From NCBI RefSeq assembly GCF_006345805.1, contig NC_043010.1:55242001-55306000 (forward strand): a stretch of DNA of 64,000 bases, in the 5' to 3' direction. A program made the position numbers and the translations under genes. Within the stretch, counting starts at the first letter, position 1; each line of letters begins with the position of its first letter. Below, one piece after another: positions 28,986 through 40,100 of the stretch. The notes below the pieces were generated by a model. It made no database searches, had not been told where the DNA came from, and saw only the letters and a list, made by a program, of their open reading frames with translations. This DNA is from Octopus sinensis (taxonomy: Eukaryota).

Positions 28986-30034
28986 GTAAATTACCTTGTA
29001 ATTCTCTATACTGGAGTCCATGTTATTAACTTAGGGATCTTTTCACTTTCATCGAGAATGAGAAAATGAGATCGAGAAATTAACTTTTTTGTAATTAAAC
29101 ACTTTCAAACTTCGTATACTGGTAGAATGTGTCATATAAAACATCCTTTAAACTTAGTGTTATTGAGAAAAGTTTCTATTTACGATGTTATTTCGTGTTA
29201 AAGTTGTCGTATTTCGGTAATTTCAACCAATCAATGACGTGTATTCAGCTGAATACAATTACTGCCGTTGTTAATAAGATGCACCCCAGAATTAAAAGGT
29301 TAATTTAGATTCACGAGCAGACTGTTCCATTGCTCGGATCAACTGGAACCCTGGTCGTCGTAACCGACGGAATGCCAGCCATCTGAAATAGAAGGAATTA
29401 CTGTAGATATGTTGCCATATTTGTCGGAGTAAGATGGGCCAACAGTTTTCAACAATAGTTAGGTATGTTTTACACAAATTTCTAGTGTCTCGTTTTAACT
29501 GTGTTTTAGTTTGCTAAACTCAATCCATCTGTTTCCTGTGAATATTTGTGATAGAGCTTCAATTTAGATTACAAGTATGTGAATGATGAAAGTGTTCTAT
29601 TACCTTAACTGCTCATGATTTGTGTTGATCCGCTTGCCTTCTTATTATGTTCCTCTTCCTTTATTGGTTGTGACTATTTTAAAGTTTTCAATAGTGTTGG
29701 TATGGGCGTGGAATTGTTTGAAGAACTCCCTACTGTCACTCTGAACTAGAAATCTTTCAGCTTGCTGCAAAAGTTTCTCTCTCTCTCTCTCTCTCTCTGC
29801 TTTTTTATTCTTTTCCAGATTTTGCCGTATGATTCACGTGCTACAATCGAACGGACATTTGCAGGGGAGGAATAGTTTTGTGCCTATGTGTGTAAATGTG
29901 TGTGCGCGTGTGTATGTGTATGTACGTATGCATACATGTAAATATATATACGTATGTATGTATATACGTAAGTATGTTTACATGTATATCTATCTATGTA
30001 TCTGCATAGCCACCGCTCTATATATACATACATA

Positions 30035-30077
<43 letters not shown>

Positions 30078-30106
30078 GTATATATGTATATATATATATA
30101 TAATAT

Positions 30107-30161
<55 letters not shown>

Positions 30162-30212
30162 CGAATATATATATATATATATACAAGTATATATATATAA
30201 GTATGTATACGA

Positions 30213-30276
<64 letters not shown>

Positions 30277-31003
30277 ATATATATACGAATATATATATAT
30301 ATATATACAAGTATATATATAAGTATGTATACGAATATATATATATATATACATCTCTGTTGGCGATTATGTTTTATAAACAGAGTAATTGCGCTTAGTA
30401 ATTTAGTATCTCGCCTTATATAGGCAGAATAATGTATCACATTCATTTCAACCACTACTACTTAAACGTTTTAATGAAAGAAAAACATCAAGGGAAAACT
30501 TGATAAAAAGAATCAGATGAAAAATTTATTTTATTTAATGTTCAGTAAGCATTTATTTCTCATGACGAGACATATTGCTTCAGGTCAGAGAAATGGCCTG
30601 ACTACACATCCGCGTAATAAACTACTAGACGACTTTGAAAATAAACTTTTTCAAAAGATTAGAAAGCTGATGCACATATCTTTAGAGCGCTTATAAATTT
30701 CTATGAGTACTTCTGAAGTTTTTAAAATGCTTCTTGGAAAATGTTTGTACATGTCTGAAGAAAATAAATTGCTATGAAATTGGAAATTTCCCAGGATTTA
30801 TGCTTGTTTTCAATCTCGTCAGATATACATTCTGAAAGCAGACACTTATTTTGAATTACTAAAAACACTCATGCATTACCAAATGAATTTAAAGTCAATT
30901 ATGTTTAGAACTCCGTAAACTCCATATAACATTAAACTGACATAAAGATAAAGTTTCTGCGAGCCCCACATTTAGGTTTGGTAATCCATTAAAAAGGTAA
31001 ATA

Positions 31004-31568
31004 TTGGGTTGTTCAGAAAGTCCGTGCCGATTTATAGTAGCTTGCCATTCGTCTTATTTTAGAACATGGTTGAGTCCATGAAATAGGGTTTGACTACACC
31101 TCAATTTAGAGCACAGTTTAAGCTATATTTCTGTGGAAGAAGGTTTATGTTCCTATAACCTGTATTAATTCTGTAACCCTTTAAAATGGAAGATAAGAAA
31201 GTTTATTTTCAGCGCTTGATGCTTTGGGAACCAGACAGAAATTGCTTCAGCTCGGCTGGGATGTGTTATCCGATCCTCCATATTCACTAGATATTGCTCC
31301 TTCGGATTTCCACTTATTCAGGTCTCTGCAGAATAGTCTTAAGGGTAAAATTTCAATTCCTTGGATGACGTAAAAGAATACCTTGATGAATTCTTTGCCC
31401 TGAAACCAACTCAATTCTGGGAAGAGGGTATTTTCAAGTTAAAGGGAAGATGGAGAAGCATTGTGCAACAAAATGGTTCATGTTTGGTTGATTAAAAATG
31501 TAATGGCAAGTACTTATTAACCTTTTTCTTTCCTTTAAAAATCGGCACGAACTTCCCGGACAATGCAA
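31004..31568 (+). mobile_element. Mariner transposon, internal-deletion derivative
   Basis: Imperfect ~30-bp TIRs (ttgggttgttcagaaagtccgtgccgattt / aaatcggcacgaacttcccggacaatgcaa) with TA flanks. An N-terminal stub MEDKKVYF is joined to QLGWDVLSDPPYSLDIAPSDFHLFRSLQNSLKGK (mariner YSPDLAPSD motif). Confidence 0.9.
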
Positions 31569-33541
31569 TAATATTATAACATGTAGAAAATGTCCACATG
31601 ATTATCTTGAAAACTGTGGCGTCCTTTTGTTCGCTTTTAGGTTCTGAGTTCAAATTTTGCCGACATCAAGTTTGTCTGTCACGATTTTCGAGTCAATGAA
31701 ATAAGTACCAGTTGAGCGTTGGGGTTGACGTAATCATTTAACTCCCCCTTCTAAATTTCACGCTTTGTTTCAATATTAATAAGGATTATCCTGACAACTA
31801 ATCCCATTACATTTTTATCCTTATGGAAGATATCGCAAATCTACATAAATGGTTTAACGATACAGACAATAACTATAGATCCTAATTTACTTAAACTGAT
31901 CAAATATTTCCACATTCAAAAGCACCACTTTTTGAAGTGCTCGAAATTAATTTTGTCTCGCACTCTAGAAATTCTAGAAATTCTTTGTTGTTTTCTAAAT
32001 ACGTCTTTGGCCAAATAGTTTTGTGCTTGAAATGCTTGAGAGATACTTTATTAAATTATTTGAAATGATTAACGCATCAATGTTAATTAGAATCCACTGA
32101 GTACTTTAAAACAGTATGTTAGAATTGAGTAAATATAAGGTAAATGATAAAATCCTTCATAGTCATATTGCCTATAATCAATAAATTATTTACACGTGGA
32201 CTGTCTCACACATTCAACATATTCAAGAATTAAGGTTCTTTTTTTCCTGCGTTCGTGTTACTGTATCTTTTTCAAAACGTAATAATTTCTACTAGAATAT
32301 GAAATACGTCTTAGCTGCTTACATCTCTGTTAAAAAGGATTTTTCTTAATCAGCTATTCATTTCAGTCGTTCATCCTTCCAGAGAAAGAGTATCAAATGT
32401 GTGACAGGTACTGTGAGACTACCTACAAGAACTGCATGAAAGTTAAATAGAGACCAACTAAAATGCATGAGAGTGAAATCACAGGAGATAAAACAGAAGT
32501 AATACACTTCCAGCAGAAATTGAAACATAAGGCAATTGCACTAACATATATTCATGATCACATAGTGGAATCTGTCTCAGCAAAGATTCCGAATATTTCT
32601 CCAATAGGAATTTGAAAGACTAAGGTGAACGCTAATAATTTAGGTTTGCCTGAAGACACATTTAAAAGTAGTTAAATACAACATTTGTCTTCAGAGAGAC
32701 GTAAAAATAATTAATATCACTTTTCATAATGAAATATATGAGCATTCACTCTGGTATCTCAAAAACTGAGATAATGCAGTCAATGTTCGATTATGCTAAA
32801 CAATGATTTTATGATTATATATTATGTAAATGGTGTATACGTCAGAAATATTTAATATTCATATCGCTATTCTATATATTATGTTCTAGGGATGCGCAAA
32901 ATTCAAAATACCGTAACACAAATATCTACATATAATGGAAATTTATTCTACAGAATTATTGAATACGTTTTTCCATACGTGTAATTTCCTTGAAACATTT
33001 GGAAATTATTTGAAATGAAGTCAATATTATCTGAATATTTAGAGTTCACTTTGTTTTGTCGTTTGATTTTTGCAGATAACAATATTGTAGTAAGTGCTGA
33101 CTAGTTGTAACGCGTGTACTGTAAAGAATTATGTATATCTCTGTTTGTCTTATCACCGATAACGCAGTGCTTTACTCATCAGGTTGTTTGAGTGTATTCT
33201 ATTTATTATTGTGTTTCAATTTTTTAGAGCTTTTAATAAATTAAATCATTACTTTCTGTAGTGTATATGTTATACATGCATATTTCCATTCTTCTGATTT
33301 TAGTCACGAGATGAGCAGACATATACCCATAGTTATTGATTTCCAACTAGCGAGGAGTACCAGAGATGCCAACTTGCTAGTGAGAAAGTGCTGCAGGAAA
33401 ATTATATAGCTAGAAGTAATCTATTTTTCTTGGCATTCGCTGGTCTGAAGAAAGTTTTCCACTGAGACCCTAAACCCTATCTTCTGATGGTCTCTAAATA
33501 TATTATGAGCAGACAAATGCTTTGATATAGTCGTAAAAGCC

Positions 33542-34026
33542 ATGTGCCGAAAGAGGTCAAAGAGGGTGCATACAGAGATCAAAGAGGGTGCCGAAAGAGA
33601 TCAAAGAGGGTGCCGACAGAGATCAATGAAGGTGCCGAAAGAGATCAAAGAGGGTGCCGACAGAGATCAAAGAGGGTGCCGACAGAGATCAAAGAGAGTG
33701 CCGACAGAGATCAAAGAGGGTGCTGACAAAGATCAAAGAGGGATGCCGACAGAGATCAAAGAGGGTGCCGACAGGGATCAAAGAGGGTGCCGACAGGAAT
33801 CAAAGAGGGTGCCGAAAGAGATCAAAGAGGGTGCCAACAAAAATCAAAGAGGGTGCCGACAGGGATCAGAGAGGGTGCCGACAAAGATCAAAGAGGGATG
33901 CCGACAGAGATCAAAGAGGGTGCCGACAGAGATCAAAGACGGGTGCCGACAGAGATCAAAGAAGGTGCCGACAAAGATCAAAGAGGGGTGTCGAGAGAGA
34001 TCAAAGAGGGTACCGGCAGAGATCAA
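33542..34026 (+). repeat. 22-bp satellite, left array (~22 units, GAGATCAAAGAGGGTGCCGACA)
   Basis: Read directly; abuts the truncated 18S at 34026/34027. Confidence 0.95.
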
Positions 34027-34485
34027 TCGAAGGGCGTGAAGCCACCTTTCTGCCTGGGACCCGCGTCCGGAAGGCGCGGTTGCTGCTGCGACGGCCCGTA
34101 CGCGTCGGTCTCAGTCTAATATTCGCGCCGCGACCAATGCGGAAGGCCGACCGTATCGTCGCGACCGGAAGGGACGGGTGCGGATGCGCCGCCTCCGAAC
34201 CGGCCGAGCGGATGCCGGCGGCGAACGACGGCGACGCCGCAAAGACGCGACGGCTGCCGAATGCCGTTTTCGAGCCCGACGCCCGGGTGCGACCTGCGAT
34301 CGCGGCTTCGGTTGCATGTATTAGCTCTAGAATTGTCACAGTTATCTACTCTACTCGCGGTGGAAGAATACGGTCCCGAGGATTAGGTCCGGTTCCTGAG
34401 CCATTCGCGTAAACGGCATGAACTTACACTTGCATGGCTTAAGCTTTGAGACAAGCATATGACTACTGGCAGGATCAACCATGTA
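34027..34485 (-). rRNA. 18S rRNA 5' fragment (pseudogenic, ~460 nt)
   Basis: The minus strand reads TACATGGTTGATCCTGCCAGTAGTCATATGCTTGTCTCAAAG...GCGAATGGCTCA...GATAACTGTGACAATTCTAGAGCTAATACATGC. It has C>A in the conserved TACCTGG, lacks the conserved GGTGAAAC and is truncated by satellite. Confidence 0.9.
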
Positions 34486-35793
34486 CCACCGACGTTTCAA
34501 AAGAACGAAGCGCGGCAGCGGCGGAAGCTCGGGAAGCAGCCGCCGCCGCCGATCGGAAAAAAATGATAAGAAAAGGAATCGGCGGGGCCGAACACAGAGG
34601 CGCGAGCGCTCACGAGTTCGGTCGCCGTTCGTATACGCGCGCGCCTCCTCCAAAGCTGGGGAGGCGAAAACAAACGAGTCAACGCACGAAGAACCGTTCG
34701 CGGAGCAAAAACGGTTTGCGATCCGACTGCCGCAAACCGGGGCCGCTGCGGACGGGCTCCGTTGCGGGTCGATTGGAAGTGGGGACGGTTTCGGGCGGAA
34801 GAGGGAAGGCCAGCGACTAAGGCGGCAGACGAGAGGGGCAGCGGCGATGGGCGGGCCCACTGCAGCTTTTAGACTCACCCGGTACCTTATGCGTCGGTGG
34901 TCGCTTCCTCCTCCTCCTTTCAAAACGGCTGCGACGAACTGCGTCCGGACTGCGGTCAACGAGCGAGTGCTATGACGGTGGTCGCCACGAAAACGACGCG
35001 CGCCAAGGCGGTGATGCCGGGGGAAGCTGCAGAAACGCTACGAGGCAGCGAAACTCGGAGTTGAAGCCACGGTTCTGTCCAGGGAAGAAGGAACAGACAC
35101 GGCACCGCTCTCCTTCCGTGACGCCGCGTCGCCTGTGGCGGAACGGGAAGCGACGGCTAGCCCGTCCGCCGCAACACGAGGTCAGCGGCGTAACCTGACC
35201 GGGTCCTCGGCTGTGAAGACGAGGCCGGGGGTCGGAGGAGGCGAGAAAATGTGGTAACGAAAAGGGGTTCGATTGCGAGAGGACGAACCTACGAGCGTTG
35301 AAAGGCGCGCGCGAAGAGGCGGGCAGACGCGGGCGTCGAGGGAACGCGTCGGAAAGGCGGGCGGTGTGGCGGCGGCGGCAGCCGTGTAGAATCCACCTTG
35401 CACCGGCAATAGGGGAGCTAACTGTTGGCAGAAAGGAGCGACGACAACATCCCTTCCAGGCGGTCACCTATGCCGTTCGGCCACGACCCTACATAAAGAG
35501 CGGTTGTGCGGCGGATGCCGGCGTGCGAGCGAGAGAAAGCGGGCAAACGCGTGCGTCAAAAAGGGCGGCAGATCGCAGCGGCGTCTGAAAGGCGGGCAAA
35601 CGCGGGCGTCAACGGGCGAGCGAACGCAGCGTCTGAAAGGCGGGCGGTGCGGCGGGGGAAATTCGAGGACGCGCCAGCCGTGTAGAGTCGATCTTGCAAC
35701 CGGCAAACGGGGAGCTAACCGTTGGCAGAAAAGGAGCTACGAGGACATCCCTTCCAGACGGTCACCTATGCCGATCAACCACAACCCTACATA
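34486..35793 (-). other. rDNA 5' external transcribed spacer with a ~298-bp tandem duplication at its 5' end
   Basis: GC-rich and directly upstream of 18S; 35379-35495 is homologous to 35672-35793, and both copies begin with TATGTAGGG on the minus strand. Confidence 0.7.
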
Positions 35794-35990
35794 GTAGTCT
35801 GGACCTTCTTGGGGTGCGACGGTCACCTAGAGCGTGACTATCCAGCGTGGGCCGACCCGTAAGCATACGGGTCGGATACCTCCGACTCACGGGTCGGACT
35901 ACGTCGCTGTTTTTACTCGGTGCATATCGCCACGCACTCCCGGCGACTGACGGCAACGATCGCGCATACGTCCACCTGCACGTGGGCGAC
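35785..35990 (-). promoter_or_regulatory. Putative RNA polymerase I gene promoter/start site
   Basis: ACTATGTAGGG resembles the TATA..GGG Pol I initiator motif. Includes a perfect 10-bp-stem hairpin, ccgacccgta-agca-tacgggtcgg (35852-35875). The block is duplicated upstream. Confidence 0.45.
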
Positions 35991-36094
35991 ACCGCGAGGT
36001 TCAGCCTCACTTCAGCCTCACGGTAACGCGGCGGAGCTGCGGGCGACGGAGGGAGGAGGCAGGCGCATGCCCGCCGCTATCGGTCGTTACCTGC

Positions 36095-37480
36095 ACTGGC
36101 CGCAGTTGTCATCTTTCGGAAATTTATGGGACGGACCATTTCGCCGTATCGAACGTCTGTACTTCGCGACATCGGACGCGGCTACGTCCACGCGTACATG
36201 GGCGACACCACGCGCTTACGTTTGTTCTTTCGATTTCGGGCACGGTAGGGCGGCGGAGACGCGGGCGGCCGGCGCAGGCCTGGCGCAGGCCTACCGCTAT
36301 CTAATGCTAGCCGCAGTTGTCATCTTTCGGGATTTCACGGGACGGACCACGTCGCCGTATAAACCGCGTGTATCTCGTGAACGCCTTCCGGCATCGGTCG
36401 CGGGTGCGTCCACGCGTACGCGGGCCATACAGCGAGCTTTGGTTCGTTCTTTCTATTTCGGGCACGGTAGCGTGGCGGAGCTGCTGGCGAAGGCAGCCCC
36501 TACTTATACTGGTCGCAGTTGTCATCTTTCGGGAATTTACGGGACGGACCACGTCGCCGCATCGAGCGCGTGCATCTCGCGACATCGGTCAGGGCTACGT
36601 CCACGCGTACGCGGGCCATACCGCGAGCTTAGGTTCGTTCTTTCGATTTCGGGCACGGTAGCGTGGCGGAGCTGCTGGCGAAGGCAGCCCCTACTTATAC
36701 TGGCCGCAGTTGTCATCTTTCGGGAATTTACGGGACGTTCCACGTCGCCGCATAGAGCGCGTGCATCTCGCGACATCGGTCGCGGCTACGTCCACGCGTA
36801 CGTGGGCGATACCGCGCGCTTAGGTTCGTTCTTTCGATTTCGGGCACGGTAGCGCGGCGGAGGAACGGGGCGACCGGCGCAGGCCTGCCGCTGGCGGCCC
36901 CGCGGCGCGTTGACGAAGGGAGAGTTAAGGGTGGCGTGAAGGCGGCGGTCACCCGCCGTTCTGACGGCGTCTTAGGCTGACGTCTCGGGCATCCTGCCGA
37001 ACGATCCCGGAGACATCCACCTGCCGACTGCAAGCCCTCAATATAGTCTTGACCCCCTTGGGGTGCGACGGTCACCTAGAGCGTGACTATCCAGCCGGGG
37101 CCGACCCGTATGCTTACGGGTCTGATTCTTTCGACTTACGGGTCGGACCACGTCGCTCTATTTACCCGGTGCGTATCGCCACAGAGACTGACGGCATCGA
37201 TCGCGCCTACGTCCACGCGTACTTGGGCGACACCGCGAGGTTCGCTTCAGCCTTACTAGATCGGGCACGGTAACTCGGCGGAGCTTCGCGCGACTGGCGC
37301 AGGCCCGCCAATACCTGCACCGGCCGCAGTTGTCATTTTTCGGGAAATTACGGGACGGACCAATTCGCCTATCGACCGCGTGTAACTCGTGACATCCTTC
37401 CGGCATCTGTCGCGGGCACGTCCACGTGTACGTGGGCGACACCGTGAGCTTAGGTGCGTTCTTTCGATATCGGGCACATA
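36095..37480 (-). repeat. IGS ~190-210-bp subrepeats (at least 5 copies)
   Basis: gccgcagttgtcatctttcggga.tt.acgggacggacca at about 36100, 36310, 36513, 36702 and 37322. Confidence 0.85.
37035..37255 (-). promoter_or_regulatory. Putative spacer promoter (duplicate of 35785-35990)
   Basis: cttggggtgcgacggtcacctagagcgtgactatccagc..ggccgacccgta is shared with the 35.8 kb block; the start motif here reads ACTATATTGAGGG. Confidence 0.45.
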
Positions 37481-38040
37481 AAATCGCCGCTTCGTGCCTC
37501 GTCGATAACACACGGACACACACACTCGTGGTCTTCGCCGTACTCAGACTTACTCCCCGGCAATCAACCGGCCGCATAACTTGGCTCACTCGTGCATTCG
37601 ACCGAGAACTCTTGAAAGTAAAATCGCCGCTTCGTGCCTCGTCGATAACACACGGACACACACACTCGTGGCCTTCGCCGTACTCAGCTCTGCTTTGGCT
37701 AGACAGTAGATAGGGACAGTGGGAATCTCCTCGCCTTCGATCAAAGTTACTCCCACCGTTTACTCGCGCTCTCTTTGGAACTTCTTCACTTTGACATTCG
37801 GGGCAGAAATCGCACTTTCTCCCCGGCGCCGAATCACTTAGCGCACTCATGCTCGATACCGAGAACTTCAAGCCGGTACCCTCGGCTCTGCTTTCGCTAG
37901 ACAGTAGATAGGGACAGTGGGAATCTCGCCTTTGATCAGTTCATGCGGCGCCTCGCCAATCAGACGACGATGCCGAGAACTCGCCGCTTCGACAACACAC
38001 ACTCGTGGTGTTCGTCGACAACGTCACGTACTACTCGGTC
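37479..38040 (-). other. IGS mosaic containing short 28S-derived fragments and a 69-bp duplication
   Basis: 28S-like pieces at 37694-37729, 37745-37814 and 37892-37970; aaaatcgccgcttcgtgcctc...gtactcag at 37479-37547 and 37620-37687. Confidence 0.8.
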
Positions 38041-38429
38041 TTTGTCCGCCGCGCCACGAGAACGGGGCTCGCGCTCGATGCCGACGAGCGACAACTCGTC
38101 GGCGGTTCAGGAATTTACGTACACTCCGACTGCCACATGCTAACGCAGCCACGCTGTGTACGCGCGCAGTAAGCAGGAGGTGCCGTTTCTTCCACTTCTC
38201 ACTTAAACGAACCTGCAACGGAGCGCGCGCTGCTAAGTCCATGCGCGCTCGTTTCGGCGGCTAAGACGAAGGCGAAGACGGTTACGGCGACGACTACCCC
38301 GCGCTGAGTCGTTCGCCGCCGTCGCAAACACACTTCGTCGATCAGCGCGATCGTAACAACTCGCCGCCCTTCGATCGCGCTGTAACAGTTTGGCATCTTT
38401 CGCACCTCCTCCGCCTTCCGCCTCAAAGG

Positions 38430-38949
38430 GGCGGATCGTGTCGTTCGCGAGAAGAGACTCAATAGATCGCAGTGTGGTAGCTGCTCTACTAAGCACGTCA
38501 CTCCGAACGGCAAGTCGGGTCGTATGCAAGCGATCCCTTTCGTCTCGATCTCTTCGAACTAGTCGGGATGGGACGACGAGCAGACGACGACGGCGCGAAC
38601 GCCGCGTCCCCGACGGGCGGACGGCGAACGCCGAGCTAAGGCATGCGCCTTGAGGTTGAGATGCTTTTGGAAAACAACTCGGGTCCGGCTACGGTCCCAG
38701 CTCAACCGTTATCGCTCAGAGGCAGCCTGGCACCACCGCTCTATCGTTGCTCTGATCCCGCGGTTCCTCTCGTACTGGACGGGATAGTGGTAGCCAAGTT
38801 GACGTTGCAGACGCCCGCCTAAGGTCGGCCGGAGAAACGCCGGCGGCACGGGCAGGACGGACGACGCCCGAGCGCGCTGCCGCCTCGATCGCACGCCGAG
38901 AACCCCGACGCGACTCTGGGCGCCGCGAACGCGCGATGCATCGGTAGGA

Positions 38950-38996
<47 letters not shown>

Positions 38997-39038
38997 GTTA
39001 GTGGGTGAACAATCCAACGCTTTGCGAATTCTACTTCG

Positions 39039-39070
<32 letters not shown>

Positions 39071-39099
39071 TAAAGCGACGTCGCTGCGAACGCTTGGCC

Positions 39100-39142
<43 letters not shown>

Positions 39143-39754
39143 CGGCGGACGCATAGCTCGCCGCTGTAATTCGGAAAGGATCGATGGGCCACGCTTTCGC
39201 GGTCCGTATTCGTACTGAAAATCGAGGTCGAGCGAGCTTTTGCCCTTTTGCTCGACGTGTGGTTTCCGTCCACGCTGAGCTCCCCTTGGGACACCTGCGT
39301 TACCGTTTGACAGACGTAACGCCCCAGTCAAACTCCCCGACCGCCACTGTTCTCGAGTAAGGGTCGCCCATCGGCTGCGCCGGCGCCCGCAGAGGCGCTC
39401 GACATGCACCGCGCGCTTCGCACCAGATAATGAACCACCGCTCGGCGACGGCCCGATCCCTTCTCCATCGAGTGAGCGAGGAAACTACGGAAGTGGCGGT
39501 CTTTCAACGTCGCAAACGCGCGCGACACCCCGACGTCGAACGCGCATAGCCGACGGCGCCCACGGTGCACCGACGGGACCGCCGCCGCGCGAGGCGACGA
39601 CGAACCCCCGAACAGCACCCCAGCGCGCCGCCGGTGACGGCAGCGCCCGGGGCGGGGCAACGCGAATGCTACCGCCTATGCTACGCCTACCGTGTGCCCT
39701 CACAAAACCGGACTAGAGTCAAGCTCAACAGGGTCTTTTTTCCTCGCCGATCCG

Positions 39755-39789
<35 letters not shown>

Positions 39790-39824
39790 CAGTACATAGG
39801 GACAGTGGGAATCTCGTTGATCCG

Positions 39825-39864
<40 letters not shown>
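38430..39864 (-). rRNA. 28S rRNA 3' fragment from the R2 site to the 3' end (pseudogenic)
   Basis: Conserved blocks include gactagagtcaagctcaacagggtc, ccccagtcaaactcccc, aaaactaacctgtctcacgacggtctaaacccagctcacg, the sarcin-ricin loop complement ggttcctctcgtact (about 38762) and aatagatcgcag near the 3' end. Substitutions occur at normally conserved sites. Confidence 0.93.
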
Positions 39865-40100
39865 TGTAATTTCTCTCTTTGAGAATTCCCTTTATTTTGA
39901 GTGGGCGATCCCACTATTATCTCAGCCTGAACCCTTCTCCCCCATTTGAAAAAGCATAGTGACGAAATTCTTTATTTATCTAAAATAATAAAAGAGAAAG
40001 TTAAATACACTATTGATCCTCACGAGGTAGGGTTTTGAGTCAAGTGCGATGTTATTTTTAATAAGATGTTTTTCTCAATAGGACCCCGCCCCCACCGAAT
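39865..40100 (-). mobile_element. Candidate 3' end/3'UTR of an R2-type 28S-specific insertion
   Basis: 236 bp of non-rDNA, non-satellite sequence joined exactly to TAGCCAAATGCC in place of ...CTCTCTTAAGG; small hairpins; no recognisable R2 ORF. Confidence 0.55.

Noticed and set aside
34027-39864. A functional 45S rDNA unit
   Set aside because: 18S is truncated at ~460 nt, ITS/5.8S and the 5' part of 28S are absent, and conserved positions carry lesions.
34001-39914. Many 60-310 aa Arg/Ala-rich ORFs
   Set aside because: These are by-products of GC-rich rRNA and spacer sequence.
39865-40100. R2 ORF C-terminus in the 236-bp segment
   Set aside because: All three sense frames are short or lack endonuclease motifs; only a non-coding 3' end is supportable.
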